NCBI GenBank assembly: GCA_031380225.1
Contig: JANNFX010000024.1
Span: 1-33,657, forward strand
Source of the DNA: Hyphomicrobium sp.
Lineage (GTDB): Bacteria > Pseudomonadota > Alphaproteobacteria > Rhizobiales > Hyphomicrobiaceae
Length of the DNA: 33,657 bases
Direction: 5' to 3'
The translations under genes and the position numbers were made by a program. The notes beneath the pieces are model-generated. The model saw only the letters and a program-made list of their open reading frames with translations. It was not told the origin of the DNA and searched no databases. Positions 26,487 through 33,657 of this stretch are shown one piece after another; the first letter of the stretch is position 1; every line of letters starts with the position of its first letter.

Positions 26487-29030
26487 TTACCGCAGCGCCT
26501 TAGCCGTGATATCCGCGGCCGTTTGGTTTGCACCGCTTCGGGAATTAGCAGCTGCACTTGCGGCAGCGTTTGGAACTGCGGACTGACTACGACCACTTGC
26601 GCCACCAACACTTGCGACCGGCTGCGCGACAGCAGGCTTTGGCGGTAGAAGCGATGGCTCCGGGTTGGACTTCGCGTGCACAGCGAGATCACTCAACAAA
26701 ACTTCGGCTAACGGAGCCGCCGCTTGACCTGAATGCAACGCTGTCGCCCACGGTGTGCTGCCAGACCCAGTGCCGATAAGTACGACATAGGAATAGGCTG
26801 CGCCTGAGCCGAATTGCAGGCCACCAGTGATCCAAGTGTCGACGGTGGCATTGGGATCCATTGTCACTTGCGTGCCGGTCTTAGCGAAATGCAACCCGAC
26901 GTCGCCGCGGCGCGACGCGCACCATGCTGAAAGAGACTTCAAAGTTCCGGCGGGTTGGCCACCGGCCACATAACAAAGCGGCGCAGAGAGAAGTGTGCGA
27001 ATGAGCGGTACAGCGCTGCGATTGATGATCGTATTCGGCAGAATGCCAGTCGTGGAGGCCACGGCGCCCGCTTCGTCATGCTTGGCGATGTAATCGTAAG
27101 ACTTGACCAGCGTCGGCATACGGACGCGTTTGCCGCCCTGATTCAGCATCGACGCCAGCACGACACCCGCCATTTGATGGACCCGGCGTGGTGAGCCTGC
27201 GATCTGGCCGAGCACAGCCGCGGTTGACGCCGGCACCTGTTCGCCCTCCGCTGATGGCGGCGGCATGGTGAAGCCGAGTTTATCGATAATTTTTTGCACG
27301 CGCGCCTGCCCCACGAGCGCCGTGCGATTAAGAAGCGGTGAATTCAACGAGCACGCGAACGAGACGATCGCGCGCCGCGCGTGGCGTCCGCCGCCGCCAT
27401 GTGCGCAGGTCTCAAAATTACCGGACGGTGCGTCGGTGTCGAGATAGCCGGAATTGAGGTTGTCCTTGCCTTCGTTTGCGATGGCGATTGCGGCTACAAT
27501 TTTGCCGGTTGAAGCAATCATGCGGCTTTCGCGTTCGGCGTCATAAAGGCCGCTTGACGTGCTACGCGCCGGGATTGATCCGAAATAGGGTGCTGTCTCT
27601 CCACTCTCATAATAGCGCACGATTTCGCCACGCGCGTTGGCAGCCGCAACGATCACGTCCGGCATTCTTGCGTCCGGGCTAATTTTTGCTGGATCGAGAG
27701 TGAAGCCTGCATTTATTTTTTCGCGATACGACACGTCAAGCTTCGCCAATGCGGTCTTGACCTTGTCGCCGAACGCTAGATTTTCCGCAACATCGAGCGT
27801 GGTCGTGACACCCCGCACGTGGCTGCGCCAATCGAAGCCAAACTCTTGTTTCATCTCTTCGCGGAGGCCAAACCGCGCCGCCGGCATCAGCACGTTGGCG
27901 CGGATAAACGGATTGACCTGTGCCCTCTTGGCATATTCAGGAGCGTAAAGGTCAAGCGCCGCCTGCAACTTTGGTTTCACTTGAGGGTCGGGCGGACCAC
28001 CGGCCAGCGCGACGAGTTCGAACAGTACTTTGGCTTTGACAGCCTCGTCCTCGATCAACTTCTCTGCACAAGTGCGGGCGCGGACTTCAGTGATGTAGCG
28101 CCAGCGGTCAAGGCGCACGGCATTGAGCTTGTCGTTACCTTCCAGAAGAATGATCGGCTTGTTGACGGCCGACGCCAGAACGTACTGTTCCGCGATCGAC
28201 AACTCACTGGCGGATTTGCCGAACACAATGCGGCTTGTCACTTCGATGCCGTGAAGCGCCGAGCCGCCGGTTCGCTGCGCCAGCCATAAATGATTGGCCG
28301 CCCACTGTTTTAGAGCTGTGCTGTCGCCACCTTTTGTCAGTTCATGATAGACGACCGGCGCCAACCACCACTCGCGCAGCTTGCGCTTGAGTTTGGTGAT
28401 GCCGCTTTCGCTGCTATCGGGCGGCGTGTTATAAATCACGCGCACGAATTGCATCGGTAAAGTTGAACCTCCAACGCCGAGGCTCGGGCGCTTGGCGGCG
28501 ATCGAGCGCACCAAGGTACTGTAAGGGATTTTTAAGACGCCGGTTAGATCTATGCCATAAGGGTTCAACGCGCCGCCGATGTAACGGTCCTCCTGATAGC
28601 TGAGGCATTGCCAATAATCGTCCGGCACCTCGCGCACGGGAATGGATTTATGATCGGGGTTGGCTTCATAGTCGCCGACCTCGATGATCTTATCGGTGTA
28701 GTTGACATCGCGGCGGCTATCGAGGCGCGGATCGAAGGTGCCGGCAAAGCCGCCCTTGGTGTCGTAGATCGCGGTCGCCACCCAACGTTCGGCGTCATAG
28801 CGCAACTTGTCGCCGAGATAGGTATGACCGATGACTCCACGCAGCGGCGCGACGATGTAAACTAGTACCAGCGCGAACGCGACGTAGACGATCCCGGCAG
28901 ACGCCACGTGCCGCAACGGACCGAGGCGCGGATTGAAGGCCACCCAGCCGGTCAAAAAGCCGATGATGGCCCGGGGGATAATGACCGCCCATTCCAGAAG
29001 TCGCGTCAGCAATCGGAACACGGCCAACAT
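26487..29030 (-). CDS. Class-A penicillin-binding-protein-like membrane protein. It has a transglycosylase-like N-domain with degenerate motifs, a transpeptidase-like domain and an Ala/Ser-rich C-terminal tail.
   Basis: The 847-aa protein has an N-terminal membrane anchor. Its GT51-like motifs are …QEDRYIGGALNPYGID… and GGSTLPMQFVR, which resemble EDxxFxxHxG / GGSTITQQ. The transpeptidase motifs are STGK (SxxK), SLN (SxN) and KTG (…HFAKTGTQ…). Confidence 0.6.
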   Translation of the reverse strand: MLAVFRLLTRLLEWAVIIPRAIIGFLTGWVAFNPRLGPLRHVASAGIVYVAFALVLVYIVAPLRGVIGHTYLGDKLRYDAERWVATAIYDTKGGFAGTFDPRLDSRRDVNYTDKIIEVGDYEANPDHKSIPVREVPDDYWQCLSYQEDRYIGGALNPYGIDLTGVLKIPYSTLVRSIAAKRPSLGVGGSTLPMQFVRVIYNTPPDSSESGITKLKRKLREWWLAPVVYHELTKGGDSTALKQWAANHLWLAQRTGGSALHGIEVTSRIVFGKSASELSIAEQYVLASAVNKPIILLEGNDKLNAVRLDRWRYITEVRARTCAEKLIEDEAVKAKVLFELVALAGGPPDPQVKPKLQAALDLYAPEYAKRAQVNPFIRANVLMPAARFGLREEMKQEFGFDWRSHVRGVTTTLDVAENLAFGDKVKTALAKLDVSYREKINAGFTLDPAKISPDARMPDVIVAAANARGEIVRYYESGETAPYFGSIPARSTSSGLYDAERESRMIASTGKIVAAIAIANEGKDNLNSGYLDTDAPSGNFETCAHGGGGRHARRAIVSFACSLNSPLLNRTALVGQARVQKIIDKLGFTMPPPSAEGEQVPASTAAVLGQIAGSPRRVHQMAGVVLASMLNQGGKRVRMPTLVKSYDYIAKHDEAGAVASTTGILPNTIINRSAVPLIRTLLSAPLCYVAGGQPAGTLKSLSAWCASRRGDVGLHFAKTGTQVTMDPNATVDTWITGGLQFGSGAAYSYVVLIGTGSGSTPWATALHSGQAAAPLAEVLLSDLAVHAKSNPEPSLLPPKPAVAQPVASVGGASGRSQSAVPNAAASAAANSRSGANQTAADITAKALR

Positions 29031-29226
29031 GAGTGAGACTTAAAACGCCAGATGCTGCGGCAACCGCTGGATAGCGGGCCGTTCGACGTGATCCTTACAC
29101 CGCTCTGATACGGGCGATTTGTGGCTGCAGACTGGCAACAGTACGGCCGTCGCGAACATCTGCGAATTGACAGCATGCTTCAGTAGGTTAGATCGGGGGT
29201 TTCACAGCTTCGGATCGTCAGTGCCT

Positions 29227-29715
29227 ATGCCCGCAAAACCAGCTGCCGTATCACCCCACTCTCCCTACTGGCTCATGAAATCGGAGCCGGATGTCTTTTC
29301 GTGGGATATGCTGGTGGCCAAGGGCGACAAAGGTGAAAGCTGGGACGGCGTCCGCAATTATCTGGCACGCAACAATATGCGGGCTATGAAGCTCGGTGAT
29401 CGCGGATTCTTTTACCACTCGAACGAGGGGAAAGAGATTGCCGGCATCCTCGAGATCATCCGGCTCGCTTTCCCCGATCCTAAAGACGACACCGGCACCT
29501 GGGAGTGCGTCGCCGTCAAAGCCGTGTCCAAGTTGCCGAAGCCAGTGACGCTAATGGAAGTCAAAGAAAACCCGAAACTCGCGAAAATGGCTCTCGTGAC
29601 CTCGATGCGGCTTTCGGTACAGCCGGTCACCGCCGATGAGTGGGCAGAGGTGTGCCGTATGGGTGGATTTGACCAGTCGCCGGCAAAAACGAAACGCCGG
29701 AAAGCCCCGGCGTGA
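29227..29715 (+). CDS. EVE domain (PUA-like, thymocyte-nuclear-protein-1-like) protein.
   Basis: The sequence WLMKSEPDVFSWDMLVAKGDKGESWDGVRNYLARNNMRAMKLGDRGFFYHSNEGKEIAGILEII is the EVE-domain core. The start was chosen at the ATG at 29227, and the ORF maximum begins at 29119. The stop overlaps the next gene's GTG start (GTGA). Confidence 0.7.
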   Translation: MPAKPAAVSPHSPYWLMKSEPDVFSWDMLVAKGDKGESWDGVRNYLARNNMRAMKLGDRGFFYHSNEGKEIAGILEIIRLAFPDPKDDTGTWECVAVKAVSKLPKPVTLMEVKENPKLAKMALVTSMRLSVQPVTADEWAEVCRMGGFDQSPAKTKRRKAPA

Positions 29716-30377
29716 GCACCGAGCGACTCTTAACCCCTGATCAAATCGCAGCCTTCATTGTAGCTAACACACGGCTGATATCGCCGACCTTGGTGCCTGA
29801 AATCAAACTCTACTTGGCCGAAGAATCCCTCCCGATCTGGCAGAAGACCGAAGACGAGCTTGGCCTGATCAACTCGCCGCCCCCATTTTGGGCGTTCGCG
29901 TGGGCGGGCGGTCAGGCACTCGCGCGCTATGTTCTCGACAATCCGGAACTGTTAGCGGGCAAGTCCGTGCTCGACCTCGGCACCGGCTCAGGCCTGCAAG
30001 CGATCGCTGCCAAAAGAGCGGGCGCCGGACCAGTCCTTGCCGCCGATATCGACGCGTTCTCCTGCGCTGCGGCCCACCTCAATGCCCGCGTCAATGGTTT
30101 TGAGATCGAAACGACGACGGAAAATCTGTTGCTCAACCCGCCAGCTAGTTTCAAAGCCGTCTTGATCGGCGACCTATTTTACGAGAGACCGCTGGCCGAG
30201 AAGGTCACGAGCTTTGCCGCGCAGGCAGCCAACCAAGGTGCGTTGGTCCTGATTGGCGACCCTGAGCGGACCTACTTTCCCCGCGATAAATTTACCAAAG
30301 TTGCGGAATACCAAGTCCCCGTTACCCGCGAACTTGAGGATGCTGACATCAAGTCCACTGCCGTCTGGCGAGCTTAG
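29712..30377 (+). CDS. Class I SAM-dependent methyltransferase (Methyltransf_16 / protein-lysine methyltransferase-like; often annotated as L11-methyltransferase-like).
   Basis: The motifs are …PPFWAFAWAGGQALARYVLDNPELLAGKSVLDLGTGSGLQAIAAKRAGAGPVLAADID…. The gene is translationally coupled to the EVE gene by a 4-nt overlap. Confidence 0.7.
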   Translation: MSTERLLTPDQIAAFIVANTRLISPTLVPEIKLYLAEESLPIWQKTEDELGLINSPPPFWAFAWAGGQALARYVLDNPELLAGKSVLDLGTGSGLQAIAAKRAGAGPVLAADIDAFSCAAAHLNARVNGFEIETTTENLLLNPPASFKAVLIGDLFYERPLAEKVTSFAAQAANQGALVLIGDPERTYFPRDKFTKVAEYQVPVTRELEDADIKSTAVWRA

Positions 30378-30392
30378 CGATCGGTAGCGATC

Positions 30393-30458
30393 GGGGTCAG
30401 ACCCCTCACACAATCGGTCCAGAACGGTCTCGGTCACCTGCGTGAGGGGTCTGACCCC
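30393..30458. repeat. Large inverted repeat. The 17-bp arms GGGGTCAGACCCCTCAC / GTGAGGGGTCTGACCCC are separated by 32 nt. Each arm is internally palindromic (GGGGTC-A-GACCCC). It is preceded by the tandem 9-mer AGCGATCGG x2 that starts at the methyltransferase stop codon.
   Basis: Direct sequence comparison places the arms at 30393-30409 and 30442-30458, about 125 nt upstream of the acs start. No U-tract follows. Confidence 0.5.
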
Positions 30459-30584
30459 ATCTGACCTGGCCTGCGCCCTCAGGGTCAATCTCCTCCAAAA
30501 GTCTGAGTTTCCGGAATAGTGGCGGCTGACTACAAGCCGGGATATAACCGCACAGAACATGACCCATTGGGGAGTAAGCTTCGG

Positions 30585-32528
30585 ATGACGGATAAGGTGT
30601 ACCCGGTTCCATCGGAATGGGCGCGACGGGCATGGATCAACGCCGACCGCTACGAGACCCTTTACAAGCGCTCGGTCGAAGATCCGAACGGATTTTGGGG
30701 CGAGATTGGCCGCCGGCTCGATTGGATTAAGCCTTACACCAAGGTCAAGAACACCACGTTCGGACCCGGCGACGTTTCGATCAAATGGTTTGAGGACGGC
30801 ACGCTGAATGTTTCCGCCAACTGCATCGACCGCCACTTGGCGACCCGCGCCGACCAAGTGGCGATCATTTGGGAAGGTGATGACCCGACCGTCGACGCAA
30901 AAATCACCTACCGGCAGCTTTATGAAAACGTCTGCAAATTCGCCAACGTTCTAAAGGCGCACGGCGTCAAAAAGGGCGATTGCGTCACCATCTATTTGCC
31001 GATGATCCCCGAGGCCGCTTACGCCATGCTGGCCTGCGCTCGCATCGGTGCTGTGCATTCGATTGTATTCGGCGGCTTCTCGCCGGGCAGTCTTAAGGAC
31101 CGCGTCGAAGGCGCTGGAAGCAAACTCATCATCACGTCGGACGAAGGCTATCGCGGCGGCAAGACCGTGCCGCTTAAAAAGAACGCCGATGAAGCGCTAA
31201 AAGACTGCTCCGTCGCCGCCAAAATCCTGATGGTGCGCCGCTCTGGCAATCCGGTGCCTTTCACAACCGGCCGGGACTTCTGGCTACACGAAGAAATGGC
31301 CAAGGTGCCAGCCGAGTGCCCACCCGTAGAAATGAACGCCGAAGACCCGCTGTTCATTCTCTATACCTCTGGCTCAACCGGAAAACCAAAAGGCGTTGTC
31401 CACACCACCGGCGGCTACCTGTTGCACGCCGCTGTCTCACATCAATACGTGTTCGACTACCATGACGGTGACATCTACTGGTGCACGGCCGACGTCGGCT
31501 GGGTCACCGGTCACAGTTATATTGTGTATGGCCCACTTGCCAATGGCGCTACGACCCTGATGTTCGAAGGTATCCCGAATTATCCGACCGCATCCAGGTT
31601 CTGGCATGTGGTCGACAAGTGGGATGTCAATATTTTCTACACCGCACCGACCGCCATTCGCGCACTGATGGGGTTAGGCGACGAATTTGTGACACGTTCG
31701 AGCCGCGCATCGTTGCGATTGCTCGGATCGGTCGGCGAACCAATCAATCCCGAAGCCTGGGAATGGTATCACCGCGTCGTCGGTGACGGCCGCTGCCCCA
31801 TCGTTGATACGTGGTGGCAAACGGAAACCGGTGGCGCGCTGATCACCCCGCTACCGGGAGCAACCGCGTTGAAACCCGGATCGGCGTCGAAGCCTTTCTT
31901 CGGTGTGCAGCCGGCCTTGGTCGACGAAAAGGGCATTGAACTAGAAGGGGCCGCACAAGGCAACCTGATCCTCAAGGATAGTTGGCCCGGTCAAGCTCGC
32001 ACTCTGTACGGCGATCACGAACGCTTTGTGCAGACCTACTTCTCAACGTACCCCGGCGCCTACTTCACTGGCGATGGCTGCCGCCGCGATGAGGATGGCT
32101 ATTATTGGATTACCGGCCGCGTTGATGACGTGATCAACGTCTCGGGTCATCGCCTCGGCACGGCTGAAGTTGAAGGCGCTCTCGTTGCACACGCGTCAGT
32201 TTCTGAAGCTGCGGTCGTTGGTTATCCGCACGACATTAAAGGTCAAGGCATCTACTGCTATGTCACGCTCAATTCTGGCGTTCAAGGCAGCGACGCATTG
32301 AAAAAAGAACTCGTTACAACGGTGCGCCAGATCATCGGCCCGACGGCGTCGCCTGATTTGATTCAGTTCGCGCCCGGACTGCCGAAGACGCGCTCCGGCA
32401 AGATCATGCGCCGCATTTTACGAAAGATCGCAGAAGATGATTTCGGAGCGCTCGGCGATACCTCGACCCTCGCTGACCCAACCGTCGTCGATGACTTAAT
32501 TGCGAATAGGCAGAATAAGAAGGCTTGA
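30585..32528 (+). CDS. acs: Acetyl-coenzyme A synthetase (AMP-forming).
   Basis: The 647 aa counted from [18 protein letters not shown] carry an SD (GGGGAG) 10 nt upstream. The AMP-binding motif is [11 protein letters not shown]. The family-typical …WWQTETGG… and C-terminal …[19 protein letters not shown] are present. The ORF maximum begins at 30519. Confidence 0.9.
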   Translation: MTDKVYPVPSEWARRAWINADRYETLYKRSVEDPNGFWGEIGRRLDWIKPYTKVKNTTFGPGDVSIKWFEDGTLNVSANCIDRHLATRADQVAIIWEGDDPTVDAKITYRQLYENVCKFANVLKAHGVKKGDCVTIYLPMIPEAAYAMLACARIGAVHSIVFGGFSPGSLKDRVEGAGSKLIITSDEGYRGGKTVPLKKNADEALKDCSVAAKILMVRRSGNPVPFTTGRDFWLHEEMAKVPAECPPVEMNAEDPLFILYTSGSTGKPKGVVHTTGGYLLHAAVSHQYVFDYHDGDIYWCTADVGWVTGHSYIVYGPLANGATTLMFEGIPNYPTASRFWHVVDKWDVNIFYTAPTAIRALMGLGDEFVTRSSRASLRLLGSVGEPINPEAWEWYHRVVGDGRCPIVDTWWQTETGGALITPLPGATALKPGSASKPFFGVQPALVDEKGIELEGAAQGNLILKDSWPGQARTLYGDHERFVQTYFSTYPGAYFTGDGCRRDEDGYYWITGRVDDVINVSGHRLGTAEVEGALVAHASVSEAAVVGYPHDIKGQGIYCYVTLNSGVQGSDALKKELVTTVRQIIGPTASPDLIQFAPGLPKTRSGKIMRRILRKIAEDDFGALGDTSTLADPTVVDDLIANRQNKKA

Positions 32529-32537
32529 TGCGCTGAG

Positions 32538-32582
32538 ACATGTGCCGGCGAATGCGCTGCACTCGCATTCGGCGACATGTGC
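32538..32582. terminator. Hairpin between the convergent acs and TerB-like genes. The stem CGAATGCG/CGCATTCG has a 7-nt loop and is flanked by ACATGTGC direct repeats, then followed by an A-rich tract.
   Basis: The sequence is gacatgtgccggCGAATGCGctgcactCGCATTCGgcgacatgtgc. There is no clean U-tract on either strand, so this is likely a factor-dependent or weak terminator, or a REP element. Confidence 0.3.
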
Positions 32583-32644
32583 GCTGACACAAACTGCGAT
32601 TGGCAATTATAGTGATAAAAAATAATCATCAAGCGCTGCTGCTA

Positions 32645-33133
32645 TTACCGCACGTCGCGGCTGTGCCGGAGAATAGACACGACCCGCACGATATCGCCAG
32701 CAAGGTCACGGTCGACGTCCAACCACTTGGCCATTTGCTCAGCGCGATCTTTTTCTTCAGAGGTGACTTTTTCGTCGGCAAATAGCATTTGCACTGCGAA
32801 CGCATAAGACGTTTGTTGCAAAGGCTTAGTCAAGGCTTGCTTGGCGCGTACGCAGGCCTTCTCGTTGTCGCCCCCTGATTCATGCAACACCTTGTCGGCC
32901 GCCGTGATCCATTCATCGACCTGCCTGTGCGTAGGCTTGAGAAAAATTGGACTGGTGTTGCAAATTGCGTGGATGAGTTCGGTCTCTGCGTCATGCTTTT
33001 TCTGATCGGCCCACATCATGACGACCATCGGAACAAGCATCGCAACCGGCAAATCCAAAGTATCGTCTATACCCTTGCCTTTGAGGTCAGCGAATAAACT
33101 GGTGCGATCCGACCGGCTCCTTTTAAATTCCAT
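32645..33133 (-). CDS. TerB-like (tellurite-resistance TerB / DjlA N-domain-like) protein. The start was reassigned to the internal Met (MEFKRSRSD…).
   Basis: The 162 aa counted from the Met at 33133 carry the SD GGGGAG 7 nt upstream. The helical protein has the TerB-like pattern …LIHAICNTSPIFLKPTHRQVDEWI…EEKDRAEQMAKWLDVDRDLAGDI…. The upstream extension of the ORF maximum lacks coding character. Confidence 0.45.
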   Translation of the reverse strand: MEFKRSRSDRTSLFADLKGKGIDDTLDLPVAMLVPMVVMMWADQKKHDAETELIHAICNTSPIFLKPTHRQVDEWITAADKVLHESGGDNEKACVRAKQALTKPLQQTSYAFAVQMLFADEKVTSEEKDRAEQMAKWLDVDRDLAGDIVRVVSILRHSRDVR

Positions 33134-33657
33134 GACAAAACTCCCCAATAAATTGACTTGCAACATTTGGGAGTAAATTCTCTTTGCAGGCCTTAAGCAA
33201 GCCGCGCCCCAGTGAATATTGCGTGAGCGCTGGCGACTATTCCAGTGCCGCCTTTCTTCGATGACCCAACTAGTGCTATGGCACTGACGCTTGGTACCCG
33301 GATCAGCTCTCCCCACTCCGTCATCCCCGCGCAAGCCCGAAATTTAAGATCATATTTAAGCTTGCGCGGATCCCGCCCTCCGGCGGGATGACGATCCTTG
33401 GGGGTATCGAATGTCTGTGACAGAACACTAGCATGGCCAGCTATCTCGTTTCAGACCCAGAAGCGAGGCGCACCGCCGTCATTGATCATGCGCGCCCCAC
33501 ATCCAGAGTCTATCCGGCTTAAATTGAAGCATTCTGCCGAGGGGATTCTGTGTCGTGAGCAAGGGATTTGACGCAGGCCGTACCCCTGGTACGGACAAGG
33601 CGAAGCCCGCCGCGCACGGCTCAAAATCCCCCGGCCCTGCGGGTTCAGGTCTGGTGG

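Noticed and set aside
30174-30857. 227-aa minus-strand ORF spanning the methyltransferase 3' end, the hairpin and the acs 5' end
   Set aside because: It is antisense to two strongly supported genes and crosses a non-coding palindrome. It has no motif content.
33555-33657. Possible GTG-initiated CDS running off the right edge
   Set aside because: Only 34 codons are visible and there is no recognisable motif or SD. It cannot be supported as a feature.

Overview
This is a high-GC (about 62-65%) chromosomal segment of alphaproteobacterial, Rhizobiales/Bradyrhizobiaceae-like character; the taxon is inferred from gene content and codon bias only. Most of it is housekeeping. It holds the 3' end of sdhA, a membrane fatty-acid desaturase, a tightly overlapping bioB-bioF-bioD-bioA biotin operon on the minus strand, murA, a carboxynorspermidine-dehydrogenase-like gene, a MarC-family membrane protein, a Tat-signal agmatine/peptidyl-arginine deiminase family enzyme, an ArsR regulator with an SRPBCC partner, a LysR regulator, an SPFH (band-7) protein, a class-A PBP-like protein, an EVE-domain/lysine-methyltransferase-like gene pair, acetyl-CoA synthetase and a TerB-like gene. 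Several accessory or unusual elements are interspersed. (1) A lower-GC, orphan TadE/TadG-like vWA pilus-type gene sits directly at the 3' end of a tRNA-Thr(GGT) gene. (2) A giant, roughly 1,680-1,705 aa secreted multidomain protein combines a beta-propeller-like region, DUF11-like Ig repeats, tandem Cys-rich EGF-like modules and a Lys/Pro-rich basic tail. (3) Two back-to-back tRNA-like genes (Asn-GTT-like, and a Lys-like one with a 6-nt anticodon loop or UUA anticodon) have defective acceptor stems. (4) There are RIME/REP-like palindromic repeat elements, one of which rewrites the 3' end of a small gene. (5) Several long structured intergenic regions are present. No CRISPR array, rRNA, transposase or integrase was found. 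All functional calls rest on motif recognition from the translated ORFs and were not checked against any database.
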